From Planctomycetota bacterium (lineage in GTDB: Bacteria > Planctomycetota > B15-G4), in assembly GCA_965248575.1 (NCBI GenBank), contig CBDFJQ010000002.1, positions 3,072,001 through 3,136,000 on the forward strand: a DNA stretch of 64,000 bases, read 5' to 3'. The position numbers and the translations under genes are program-made. Of this stretch, positions 49,161 through 58,560 are shown one piece after another. Each line of letters begins with the position of its first letter. Position 1 is the first letter of the stretch. Below the pieces are notes generated by a model. It saw only the letters and a program-made list of their open reading frames with translations. It ran no database searches and was not told the DNA's origin.

Positions 49161-49705
49161 TGATCCGCCCCCTACGCCGACGACATGCGCGCCACGTGCT
49201 GACCCTCGCGCTGATCTTGCCCGTGCTCCTGACCGCCGCGCTCCTCGCTCGCCCCGACGAGCAGCTGGCGCAGATGTCCTTTCCGCCGAGCCTGCTCGCC
49301 ACGCAAGACGTTCAGCCCCTTCCGTCGAGCGACCCCGGGCGGGGCGACATCGCCTTGCCGGGGGGGATCGGCGTCATCCGGGCTGCCCAGCTCGGGATGG
49401 ACGACAGCAGTCTGGATCTCGAGTTCGGCGAACTGCCGGCGAGCCCCAGCCTGCTCCTCTACTGGGCACCCATGGCGAGCCTCTCCATCACCGTGGACGA
49501 TGTGGTCCTCCCGACCGACGCCGTCCTGCTCGGCGCCCCTCAGCCCCGCAGCGCTGGCCGCTTCCCGCTCCCTGCTGCTGCTCTCGCCGGCGACGGCGTC
49601 CTGTTCGTCTACAGCCTCGGGCACCGCGAGCTGCTGGGGGCACCCCTCGCCCTGAGCACCGAGCTGCTGGCATCCCTGAGCGCCACCGACGGAGCCCAGC
49701 GATGA
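49160..49705 (+). CDS. Membrane-anchored periplasmic hypothetical protein
   Basis: M.RPLRRRH then TM helix; P.LLLYW...A.LLG...LFVYSL.H; coupled on both sides. Confidence 0.75.
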   Translation: MIRPLRRRHARHVLTLALILPVLLTAALLARPDEQLAQMSFPPSLLATQDVQPLPSSDPGRGDIALPGGIGVIRAAQLGMDDSSLDLEFGELPASPSLLLYWAPMASLSITVDDVVLPTDAVLLGAPQPRSAGRFPLPAAALAGDGVLFVYSLGHRELLGAPLALSTELLASLSATDGAQR

Positions 49706-51528
49706 CCCTCCAATACCAAGCCGTGGGTTGGAACCCACAGAAGCGTGTCTACGACCTGCTCTTGGCTCTGGGTGTCGTGGGCTACATCGCCCTCTTCGTG
49801 CAAGTCTCGGCCCAGTTGCATCCGAACGCCACCGCCGAGACCCTGATCATCCGCGGCGTGGGCACCGCAGCCTTCCTGTTGCTGCACGTGATCCTGGCCA
49901 TCGGCCCGCTGTGTCGCCTCAGCCGGCGCTTCTTGCCGCTGCTCTACAACCGCAGGCACCTGGGTGTGTGCATGTTCCTGTTGGCCCTCGTGCACGGCGT
50001 GTTCGCGATCCTGCAATTCCACGGCTTCGGGGACACCAACCCGCTGCTGAGCGTGTTCACCGCCAACCCGCGCTACGACAGCCTCGCCCACTTCCCCTTC
50101 CAGCCACTGGGTTTCCTCGGCCTCTGCATCCTGTTCTTGATGGCGGCCACGAGTCACGACTTCTGGCTCGCCAACCTGACGGCGCCCATCTGGAAGGCCC
50201 TGCACATGTTTGTGTACGTGGCCTACGGCCTCCTGTTCATGCACGTCGCCTTGGGTTCCGTGCAGAGCGAGGCGAGCCTCCTTCTGCCTGCAACCTTGGC
50301 CGTGGGTGCCCTCGCGATCCTCAGCCTGCATCTCTTGGCGGCCCGCAAGGAACGCGCCAAGGACGTCTCCCGCTCGACACCCGGCGACGCCTTCGTAGAC
50401 GTTTGTGCCGTGGACGACATCCCGGAGAAGCGGGCCCACATCGTGACCTTGGCTGGGGAGCGGGTCGCGATCTTCCGCTACGACGGCCTCATCTCGGCCG
50501 TGTCCAACGCCTGCCAGCACCAGAACGGCCCGCTTGGAGAAGGGCGCATCCTGGACGGGACCATCACCTGCCCGTGGCACGGCTACCAGTACAAGCCGGA
50601 GTGCGGTCGCTCGCCCGAGCCGTTCACGGAGCGCATCCCCACTTTCCGCAGCGAGGTTCGAGACGGCCGTGTCTGGGTCGCTCCGGTTCCCTTGGCCTCC
50701 GGAACCCACGTGGAGCCCGCTCGCATCGACGAGGCCACAGCCAGCCCGGGGCGCGACCCGAAGGACGGGGAGTTCCACATCGGCTACCTGCCGAAGATGC
50801 CTGGCGGGTTGGCGGCGGGCACCCGCAGGGCCGTCCTCAGCGTGATGGTCTTCGCATGGGTGGTGGGGCTTAGCCTTGCCTCGGCCCAACGCCCCTTCGC
50901 CCTCATCAGTTTCGACTACCTGCAGCCCAGGGCATTCACCGGCCGGCTGGAGGAACAGCCTGTCCCCAGCTTGCTGGTGACCCCCCCCGGCGGCGGAAGC
51001 CCCATGCGCTTCCCCCTGGCGTGCGAGTTCAAGTGGGGCAGCGCGGCCGAGGTGGCAGGGCGCGACGGCGAGTTCGTGACGCTGATGGGCACTCTCGCCT
51101 ATCGGGATGGCAGGACCCTGGTGGAGCTCGTGCCGGGTTCGATCCGATCCGCCGGCCCTGCAGGGCCGGACGAAAAGCCCGCTTCGGCCCCCGTCTCCCT
51201 GGGCCAGCACACCCTGCGTGGCGAAATCGTGGACAGCAAGTGCTTCCTGGGGGTCATGAACCCGGGCGACCTGAAAGTCCACCGCTCCTGCGCCACGCGC
51301 TGCATCAGCGGTGGCATCCCCCCTGTGCTGGTGGTCCGGGACTCCCGGGGCGTCGCCGCCTACCTCTTCCTCATCGGAACCGATGGGCGATTGGTTAATC
51401 GCGAAGTATTGGCAATGATTGCGGAGCCGCTTGAGATCACAGGGGTCGTGGAGCGGCACGACGACCTGCTCGTGCTTCGAGCAGAACCGGAGACGTACCG
51501 ACGCCTGACCGGCACCGACGATCCATGA
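49702..51528 (+). CDS. Triple fusion: MsrQ/ferric-reductase-like heme-b TM domain + Rieske + TM-anchored Cys/His-motif domain
   Basis: NRRHLG...VHG and WKALH...MHV heme His pairs, MAATS; CQHQNGPL...CPWHG; DSKC.LGVMNPG..K.HRSCATRCISGGIPP. ATG 49702 overlaps upstream TGA. Confidence 0.88.
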   Translation: MTLQYQAVGWNPQKRVYDLLLALGVVGYIALFVQVSAQLHPNATAETLIIRGVGTAAFLLLHVILAIGPLCRLSRRFLPLLYNRRHLGVCMFLLALVHGVFAILQFHGFGDTNPLLSVFTANPRYDSLAHFPFQPLGFLGLCILFLMAATSHDFWLANLTAPIWKALHMFVYVAYGLLFMHVALGSVQSEASLLLPATLAVGALAILSLHLLAARKERAKDVSRSTPGDAFVDVCAVDDIPEKRAHIVTLAGERVAIFRYDGLISAVSNACQHQNGPLGEGRILDGTITCPWHGYQYKPECGRSPEPFTERIPTFRSEVRDGRVWVAPVPLASGTHVEPARIDEATASPGRDPKDGEFHIGYLPKMPGGLAAGTRRAVLSVMVFAWVVGLSLASAQRPFALISFDYLQPRAFTGRLEEQPVPSLLVTPPGGGSPMRFPLACEFKWGSAAEVAGRDGEFVTLMGTLAYRDGRTLVELVPGSIRSAGPAGPDEKPASAPVSLGQHTLRGEIVDSKCFLGVMNPGDLKVHRSCATRCISGGIPPVLVVRDSRGVAAYLFLIGTDGRLVNREVLAMIAEPLEITGVVERHDDLLVLRAEPETYRRLTGTDDP

Positions 51529-52367
51529 CTGACAGCAACGCCTACGCGCCGACACCCGAGGACAACGAGCCGACGGGAGCCAATCCCCAAGAGCTCTCCA
51601 GCCTCGCCCCCGGCGCTCCCACCCTCGTGATCCGGGAAGGCCACTACCTCGTGCGCTTCGCCCAGACCGCAGAGGAGCTGACGGCGGCGCTGCGTCTGCG
51701 CTACGAGATCTTCAACCTCGAGCTGGGTGAGGGTCTCGAGGAAAGCCATCTGAGCGGCCACGACGAAGACCGCTTCGACGCCGGCTGCCACCACCTGATC
51801 GTCCAGGACGAACGCTCCGGTGACATCATCGGCACGTACCGCATGCAGTCGGCGGAGATGGCCGCTCGAAACGGAGGCTTCTACTCCGAGGACGAGTACG
51901 ACCTGTCCGGCTTCCCCAAGCACGTGTTGGATCAATCGGTTGAGCTGGGCCGCGCCTGTGTCGCTGAAGCCCACCGCAAGCAACGCGTGCTCTTTGGCTT
52001 GTGGAAGGGGCTGGCGGCCTACGTCACGGTCATGAACAAGCGCTACCTCTTCGGTTGCTGCTCGCTCACCAGCCAGGACCCCCACGAAGGGCGTCGGGTG
52101 CTGGAGAAGCTCCGCCACGACGGCTTGATCCATCCGGAGTACGTCGTGCAACCGCGACCAGCGGTCTTGTGCGAGGACACGGATGGTTCGGTGGTGAACG
52201 TCAACAGCGTGAAACTGCCGACCCTGTTCGCCACCTACCTGCGCTTCGGCGCACTCGTGTGCAGCCCGCCGGCCATCGACCGCGAGTTCAAGACCATCGA
52301 CTATCTGGTGCTGATGGACACGGCCACCCTGCCGGCGCGCACCCGGGCCACCTTCTTCGGCGACTGA
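51525..52367 (+). CDS. olsB: GNAT-family N-acyltransferase (ornithine/amino-lipid synthase OlsB-like)
   Basis: LRLRYEIFN.E, DEDRFD..CHHL, IGTYRM, FYSE.EYD, ELGRACV, YLFGCCSL, LP.LF..YLR.GA..C..PA.D.EF.T.D. Confidence 0.85.
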   Translation: MTDSNAYAPTPEDNEPTGANPQELSSLAPGAPTLVIREGHYLVRFAQTAEELTAALRLRYEIFNLELGEGLEESHLSGHDEDRFDAGCHHLIVQDERSGDIIGTYRMQSAEMAARNGGFYSEDEYDLSGFPKHVLDQSVELGRACVAEAHRKQRVLFGLWKGLAAYVTVMNKRYLFGCCSLTSQDPHEGRRVLEKLRHDGLIHPEYVVQPRPAVLCEDTDGSVVNVNSVKLPTLFATYLRFGALVCSPPAIDREFKTIDYLVLMDTATLPARTRATFFGD

Positions 52368-53183
52368 ATGCTGCTTGTCGCGGGAGTCCGCCTCGTCGCC
52401 TTCCTGCTCTGGTCGGTGATATCCCTGCTGCTTGCGCTCTTGGCGCAGATCCCCTTGCAGATAGCTCCTCGGCTTGGGGCACACCTGCGTCGCGCCGTCT
52501 CCGTGCTCTGGGCCCGAGGGGTATGCGTGATCATCGGCCTGCGACTAAAGACCGAGGGCGAGATCCCCAAGCCGCCCTTCATCCTGGTCACCAACCACCT
52601 GAGCTACGTGGACATCGTCGTCATCATGGCGGTGGTCCCGAGCATCTTCGTGGCCAAGTCGGAGGTAGCCCGCTGGCCCCTGCTCGGGCTGATGGCCCGG
52701 GTGGGCAGCACGGTCTTCGTGAATCGCGCGAACAAGAAGGACCTGATGCGGGTCAACGGCGTCATGCCGCAGGTGCTCGCCCGCGGTGAGGGGCTCTGCT
52801 TCTTTCCGGAAGGGACGAGCTCACGCGGGGTCGACGTGATGCCTTTCCGCTCGTCCCTGCTGGAGCCCGCCGTCACGCTCGCGCAGCCCGTGAGCTTCGC
52901 GAGCATCACCTACACCACGCCAGACGGCAGCGTCCCACCAGACATGTCCATTTGCTGGTGGGGTGACATGACCTTCGGCGCGCACTTCTGGGAGTTGCTG
53001 CAGTTGCCGCGCATGGACGGCTGTATCCGCTTCGGGGCGGAGCGCCTGAGCGGTGAGTCGCGCCACGAACTGGCGAGCCGGTTGCATGAGGCCGTCTCCA
53101 ACACCTTTACGCCGGTACCCCAGTCACCGGCATCCCAGCACGATCCCACGCACGCCGACTCCCAAAGCGGCGAGCCCTCATGA
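52368..53183 (+). CDS. olsA: Lysophospholipid/lyso-ornithine-lipid O-acyltransferase (PlsC/OlsA-like)
   Basis: NHLSYVD (HxxxxD), FVAKSEV..WP, FV.R, FFPEGTS, PFRSS, CWWGDM.F. Confidence 0.8.
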   Translation: MLLVAGVRLVAFLLWSVISLLLALLAQIPLQIAPRLGAHLRRAVSVLWARGVCVIIGLRLKTEGEIPKPPFILVTNHLSYVDIVVIMAVVPSIFVAKSEVARWPLLGLMARVGSTVFVNRANKKDLMRVNGVMPQVLARGEGLCFFPEGTSSRGVDVMPFRSSLLEPAVTLAQPVSFASITYTTPDGSVPPDMSICWWGDMTFGAHFWELLQLPRMDGCIRFGAERLSGESRHELASRLHEAVSNTFTPVPQSPASQHDPTHADSQSGEPS

Positions 53184-55834
53184 ACATCTGGCGCCGCCTG
53201 GGCTGGATCGTGTTGGCGATCTACATCCTGACGCTGACGGCCTCCAACATCTGGTGGGCCACCCACCCGCGACCAGAGGTTTCGCTCCCGGACGGCAAGT
53301 ACGCCATCTCTCTCGAGCAGGAGGAGGGCCCGCCGCTGCGAATGGCCTACCAACGCCTGAGCTCGCCCAGCACACCGGACGCTCCCCAGGCACCTCCGAC
53401 CCTCGTCCTGATCCACGGCAGCCCCGGTCGCAGCGAGAACTTCACGCCCAGCAGCCGCAACCCTGGCATGGCGCGCGCCCTCGCCCAGCACTTCCAGGTG
53501 CTCATTCCGGATCTGCCTGGCTTCGGTGACTCCACCATCGGCGCGCCGGACCTCTCCATCCAGGCCCACGCTGGGCACCTGCTTTCCCTGTTGGACCAGC
53601 TGGAGATCCCCCGCGCGCATCTCGTCGGCTACAGCATGGGTGGCGGGCCGGCCCTGCATCTGTGGGAGCGGGCGCCGGAGCGCGTGGCCTCCATCACCCT
53701 GCTCTCCTCAATCGGCGTGCAGGAGATGGAGTTGCTGGGCGACTACACCATGAACCACGCGCTGCACAGCCTGCAGCTCACGGCCTTCAAGTTGGCGCGC
53801 ATCCTGTTCCCGCACTTCGGTGCGACAGAGTGGCTCGACAAGGCGGTTGCCTACGCGCGCAACTTCCACGAGACGGACCAACGACCCTTGCGAGGTCTGC
53901 TGGAAGCCTTCGAGCCGCCCATGCTGATCCTGCATGGCGAAGCCGACCCACTCGTGTCCGTGGGGGCCGCACGAGAACATGCGCGCATCGTTCCCCAAAG
54001 CGTCTTGTGGGTGAACGATCAGAGCCACTTCATGGTCTTTGAGAGTCGCCCGGCCCTGCTCGAGCCGCTGGTTGCCTTCGTGGAGGCTGTCGAGTCGGGA
54101 GCAGCCTTGCACCGGAGCGAAGCCAGCGCCGCGCGCCTGGCCCGCGCTGCCGAGGCCTTCGACCCCAGCTCAGTGCCGCCTGCGACAGGCCCCTTCCTGG
54201 CCCTGCTGATCCTGCTCATCGCCCTCTCCACCTTGGTCAGCGAAGACCTCACGTGCATCGGTGCCGGGCTCATGGCTGCCAATGGGCAGATCACGTGGCT
54301 CGCCGCGTCCGCCGCCTGCCTGCTGGGCATCTTCGTGGGCGACATCATGTTGTTCCTGGCCGGGCGCCTGCTCGGGCGCCCCGCCGTGCGCCGTGCCCCC
54401 CTCAAGTGGTTCGTCACCGCGGCCGCCCTCGAACGCAGTCAGCGCTGGTTCGACAAACGCGGCCCCGCCGTGATCCTGCTCAGTCGCTTCATGCCGGGCA
54501 TGCGCCTCCCCACCTACGTCGCTGCAGGAGTCCTCGGCACGGGCTTGCTGAAGTTCTGCCTTTGGTTCCTGGCTGCGGGCCTGCTCTGGACCCCCGCCTT
54601 GGTGGGCCTGTCCATGGTGGCCGGCGGACAGATCCTGGACGCCTTCGGGTGGATGGAAGAGCACCCGCTGCTCGGCGTGGCCGCAGTGATCGGCACCCTG
54701 ATGCTGGTGCTCAAGCTCGCCGTGCCCATGCTCAGCCACCGCGGGCGGCGGCTCCTCTACGGCCGCTGGTTGCGTCTCACGCGCTGGGAGTTCTGGCCAC
54801 CGTGGGTGTTCTACCCGCCCGTCGTGGCGGCCATCGCCTGGTTGGGCCTGAAGCACCGGAGTCTCGCGGTCGTCACGGCCGTCAACCCCTGCATGCCTGC
54901 AGGCGGCATCATCGGCGAGTCGAAGACCGAGATTCTCGAACACATGCGTCGCTGCTTCGGCCAGGCCGAAGCCACAGTACGAACCGTCCAACTCTCGAAC
55001 GTCCTGCCGTTCAGCACCGAGATCTGCGCCGAGCTGTCCGCGGAGGAGCGCCTCGCGCGCGTACACGCCTTCCTCTCCGAGCACGCCCTCGACTACCCGG
55101 TGGTGCTCAAGCCGGACGCCGGTCAGCGAGGCTCGGGCGTCGAGATCATGCACGCCGCCCAGGACATCCCGGCCGCCCTGGAACGACTGCCCGTCGATCT
55201 CATCGCCCAGGAGTTCGTGCACGGTCTCGAGTTCGGCGTCTTCTATGCACGGCAGCCGGGGGAAGACGGGGAGGTCTTCTCCATCACCGAGAAGATCACG
55301 CCCACGGTGACGGGCGACGGGACACGAAGCGTCGAAGAGCTGCTGCTCGACGACGCCCGGGCCCCCGCCATGTACAAGGTCTACAGCGCACTCCTGGGCG
55401 AGCGCCTGAGCGATGTGCCCGAAGTGGGCGAGACGGTTCGCCTCACGGAGATCGGGGCCCACGCCTGCGGCACCATCTTCCGCGACGCCCACGACCTGCA
55501 CACCCCGCAACTCGCAGCCGCCATCGACGCCATCAGCCGTCCCATCAAAGGCTTCTCCTTCGGGCGCTTCGACATCATGGTCCGCTCGAAGGAACATCTT
55601 CAGCGCGGTGAGGGGCTGCGGGTCATCGAGCTCAACGGCCTGACCTCGGAAGCCACGCACATCTACGACGCCAGGACACCACTGATCACGGCCTGGCGCA
55701 CCCTGGCCTCACAATGGGCCAGGGCCTTCCGCATCGGCGCAGCCCACCGCGCGCAGGGCACCCCCACGACCTCCATGATCGCCCTGGCGGGCATGACCCT
55801 AGGCTTCCTGCGCAGCGACCGGCGGCGTCGCTAG
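53180..55834 (+). CDS. Triple fusion: alpha/beta hydrolase + DedA/VTT membrane domain + ATP-grasp domain
   Basis: HGSPG, GYSMGG, HGEAD, SH triad; SEDL, GD, SRFMPGMR DedA motifs; WEFWP, NP..GG..GESK, VLKPD.G.RG.GV, QEFV, GRFDI, IELNG. Confidence 0.88.
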   Translation: MNIWRRLGWIVLAIYILTLTASNIWWATHPRPEVSLPDGKYAISLEQEEGPPLRMAYQRLSSPSTPDAPQAPPTLVLIHGSPGRSENFTPSSRNPGMARALAQHFQVLIPDLPGFGDSTIGAPDLSIQAHAGHLLSLLDQLEIPRAHLVGYSMGGGPALHLWERAPERVASITLLSSIGVQEMELLGDYTMNHALHSLQLTAFKLARILFPHFGATEWLDKAVAYARNFHETDQRPLRGLLEAFEPPMLILHGEADPLVSVGAAREHARIVPQSVLWVNDQSHFMVFESRPALLEPLVAFVEAVESGAALHRSEASAARLARAAEAFDPSSVPPATGPFLALLILLIALSTLVSEDLTCIGAGLMAANGQITWLAASAACLLGIFVGDIMLFLAGRLLGRPAVRRAPLKWFVTAAALERSQRWFDKRGPAVILLSRFMPGMRLPTYVAAGVLGTGLLKFCLWFLAAGLLWTPALVGLSMVAGGQILDAFGWMEEHPLLGVAAVIGTLMLVLKLAVPMLSHRGRRLLYGRWLRLTRWEFWPPWVFYPPVVAAIAWLGLKHRSLAVVTAVNPCMPAGGIIGESKTEILEHMRRCFGQAEATVRTVQLSNVLPFSTEICAELSAEERLARVHAFLSEHALDYPVVLKPDAGQRGSGVEIMHAAQDIPAALERLPVDLIAQEFVHGLEFGVFYARQPGEDGEVFSITEKITPTVTGDGTRSVEELLLDDARAPAMYKVYSALLGERLSDVPEVGETVRLTEIGAHACGTIFRDAHDLHTPQLAAAIDAISRPIKGFSFGRFDIMVRSKEHLQRGEGLRVIELNGLTSEATHIYDARTPLITAWRTLASQWARAFRIGAAHRAQGTPTTSMIALAGMTLGFLRSDRRRR

Positions 55835-55864
55835 GAGATCACTCCTCCTTTGCGCAGCGAGGTT

Positions 55865-56008
55865 TGCCGGGCGTGTCTGTCCCGTGGACAACTCCCGCAC
55901 GCGCTCGGCTGCGGACTGCTCGCCTGTCGCGACGGCGGCGGTCGTGCCCGAAACAAAGCGCTGATTGCCGTCGATGAGTCGCTGGAGGTCGTCGCGTGCT
56001 GCTGTCAT
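55865..56008 (-). pseudogene. N-terminal remnant of beta-class carbonic anhydrase
   Basis: MTAARDDLQRLIDGNQRFVSG...RVRELSTGQ.RP matches the beta-CA N-terminal arm. The CxDSR zinc motif and the rest of the enzyme are absent, and the frame runs into the convergent gene. Confidence 0.7.
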
Positions 56009-56016
56009 GGCTTTGC

Positions 56017-57471
56017 TCAACCCCCGTTGGGGTTGCCGCCTTCAACCCAGGCCGGGTCCAGCGTGCCCTGGGCCAGGGAGAGAATGGCCTCGTAGGAAGC
56101 CTCGACACAGGCCTTCATGTGGGCCCATTCCATCGTGCTGGTCTCGTCTGAAAGCTGGTGGTAGTGCTCGGCGTCGCCGCCGCTGCTGATGGAGTGCCCG
56201 GGGATCCCGGCCTCCACGAAGGGCAGGTTGTCCGAGCGGAAGAACAGTTGCAGTTGCGGGTACGGGTCGGCCACGAAGGGCAGGCCGGCGTCCACCCAAG
56301 CCTGCCCCACGTTGCTGCGTTCGAAGCCCGTCAGGAACAGCTTGCCACTGCCGCCCGCGCCCTCATCGGCCTCGCCGATCATCTCGAAGTTGAGGTTGCA
56401 GACGATCTGCTCCAAGGGCACCGGGGAGTTCTTCACGAAGTAACGGCTCCCCAGCAGGCCCTGCTCCTCGGCGGTTACGAGCACGAAGAGCAGCGTGCGT
56501 GCGGGGGGCTGCCCCTCACCGAAGAGGCGCGCGAGCTCCAGCACCGCTGCCACGCCGCTGGCGTCGTCGTTTGCACCGTTGAAGACCTGGTCTTCCGCTT
56601 CGGGGTCAGAGTGGACCCCGACATGGTCGTAGTGGGCAGTGAACACCAGCACCTCATCGGCCAGTTCCGGGCGCGACGGGCTGCCGACCCCGGGAATGCG
56701 GCCCACGACGTTCACGGCATCGACCGGCGCCGTGCCCTGCAGGTCGAAGGTGACATGCGTCAACTCTCCGGATCGCACACGCGCCAAGGCCGGGCCGCCC
56801 AACATGATCGAAGCCGGCGCACCCGGACGCCCCACCAGATGGCTGGGTGCGGGCCTCGCCGAGCCCGGCTCCTCGCGGCCAGCGAAGATCACCACGTCGG
56901 CAGCTGCAGCCAGTTCCTCGCGGTGTTCCTGGGCAAAGCGGAAACCGAGCACCGGCTCCCCCAGGTCCAGGAACAGGGCCACGGGCTCGTCGCCCAGACC
57001 CTCGGGAATCGTCGGCTCGTTCATGGTCACGATGCGCGCGTTGGTGACGGGGGAGATCCCGGACAGCAGCCGGAAGTCGGTGCCGTGCACGCACGAGGCC
57101 GGGTCAACGTCATGGCCCATGAGAAACAGGGCCGGGGGGCGCGTCACCTCCATCCCCTTCAGGTCCATGGCCTGGAACCAGCTGCCGCTCTCGCCAGCGG
57201 GCTCGGCACCTGCGGCCTTCAACACCTGGGAGATGTACTTGGCCGCTCGCAAGGACTCGAGCGTGCCGGTGTCTCGCCCGCGCAGCACGTCAGACGCCAG
57301 GAAGCCCACGTGAGCACGCAGGTTTCCGTCCAAACCCATGTCCGGGGCAGGTGGCACATCGTCCGAAGCGAGGGGAGCCCCCTGGCACGCGATGAGCGTG
57401 CTGACGACCAGCGCGAGAACGAATGACGGCGCGGCCTGAGACGCGCGATGCTGCAAAGTGGTTCGAATCAT
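56017..57471 (-). CDS. M28 family peptidase, lipoprotein
   Basis: Lipobox LIA-C; LASD.L.GR, AHYDH, GANDDASG, AEEQGLLGS, RSDN, YHQ..D; start ATG 57471. Confidence 0.92.
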   Translation of the reverse strand: MIRTTLQHRASQAAPSFVLALVVSTLIACQGAPLASDDVPPAPDMGLDGNLRAHVGFLASDVLRGRDTGTLESLRAAKYISQVLKAAGAEPAGESGSWFQAMDLKGMEVTRPPALFLMGHDVDPASCVHGTDFRLLSGISPVTNARIVTMNEPTIPEGLGDEPVALFLDLGEPVLGFRFAQEHREELAAAADVVIFAGREEPGSARPAPSHLVGRPGAPASIMLGGPALARVRSGELTHVTFDLQGTAPVDAVNVVGRIPGVGSPSRPELADEVLVFTAHYDHVGVHSDPEAEDQVFNGANDDASGVAAVLELARLFGEGQPPARTLLFVLVTAEEQGLLGSRYFVKNSPVPLEQIVCNLNFEMIGEADEGAGGSGKLFLTGFERSNVGQAWVDAGLPFVADPYPQLQLFFRSDNLPFVEAGIPGHSISSGGDAEHYHQLSDETSTMEWAHMKACVEASYEAILSLAQGTLDPAWVEGGNPNGG

Positions 57472-57481
57472 GCGGCGCAGG

Positions 57482-58513
57482 TTAGCAGCCCAGGTCGAAG
57501 CGCTGAAAGCCGCCCGCATACCGGCTGGCAAAGTCGCCGAACAGCTCAGGATGGACGCAGGCAGCCAGAACCTCCAGCGAATCCACCATGCGCGGCCCGG
57601 GCCGATTGAAATAGGCATTCCCATCCGCCACCCAGACTGCGCCCTGCTCCACGGCTGGCCAGGGCATGCCGCGCAACAGCTTCGCCAGCTCCTTGCCCTC
57701 CGTCAGGGTCTTCTCCAACGGAAAGCCGCAGGGCTTCACCAACACGACGTCGGGCGCAGGGTCCAGGGCGGCCAGCTGCTCGGCATCCAAGGTCGGTGCG
57801 TACTCCCCCGGTGTCGTCACGAGAGCTTGGCCGCCAGCCAGGCTCACCAGCTCGGGCATCCACATGCCACCGATCATGACGGGGTCGATCCACTCGATGG
57901 TGAGCACCTTGGGTCGACCGCCCGCAGGGCGCCGTGCGCCCGTTGCACCGCTGGCAGAAGGGGAGGCGTCGTCTGCGAGGGCTTCTTCCGCCCGGCGCCG
58001 CACCGCCTCGATGCGCTCATCCATTCCGGCCACGGTCTCGGCGGCCGCATCCGCCCGACCCAAGGCCTCTCCGACCCGCAGCAGATCCTGCCGGATGTCC
58101 TCCAGGACCCTGGGGTGCAGGTTCACCATGCGCAGTTCAGGGTGCGTCAGGCCCTTGGCCGCCTCGAGCACATCGTCGTAGGCCACGGCGCACACCTCGC
58201 ACAAATCCTGCGTGATGATCACGTCGGGCGCGGCGCGCTGCAAGGCCTCGGCGTCCACGTCATAGACCGCGAGAGCGTCCTTGAGCACACGACGCAGGTC
58301 GCGGTCGATCTCCCCTGAGCCCCGCTCAACGCTGAGGCGGCTGCTCGTGAGCACCGGCCTCCCGATGACGCTCGCTGGGTAGTCGCACTCGTGCGAAACG
58401 CCCACGAGGTGCTGTCCCATGCCGACGGCGCAGACCATTTCGGTGGCGGAGGGCAGCAGGCTGACGACGCGAGGGGCAGAGACCTCTGACACTTCGTTAG
58501 GTGGCGGGCACAT
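57482..58513 (-). CDS. BtuF-like cobalamin/Fe-siderophore-binding fold protein, no signal peptide
   Basis: RVVSLLPSATE, GVSHECDYP, PDVIITQDLCEVCAV, EWIDP...G.W.PE, PCGF, DGNAYFNRPGPR. Confidence 0.88.
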   Translation of the reverse strand: MCPPPNEVSEVSAPRVVSLLPSATEMVCAVGMGQHLVGVSHECDYPASVIGRPVLTSSRLSVERGSGEIDRDLRRVLKDALAVYDVDAEALQRAAPDVIITQDLCEVCAVAYDDVLEAAKGLTHPELRMVNLHPRVLEDIRQDLLRVGEALGRADAAAETVAGMDERIEAVRRRAEEALADDASPSASGATGARRPAGGRPKVLTIEWIDPVMIGGMWMPELVSLAGGQALVTTPGEYAPTLDAEQLAALDPAPDVVLVKPCGFPLEKTLTEGKELAKLLRGMPWPAVEQGAVWVADGNAYFNRPGPRMVDSLEVLAACVHPELFGDFASRYAGGFQRFDLGC

Positions 58514-58560
58514 GGCGAGGGAGTGTAGACGAGAGCCAGCCTCGCGACGACCGGCCGTCC

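Noticed and set aside
49117..49701. N-terminal 195-aa extension of the MsrQ-Rieske ORF shown in the track
   Set aside because: Overlaps the real 49160-49705 gene in another frame; the true start is ATG 49702, coupled to the upstream stop.
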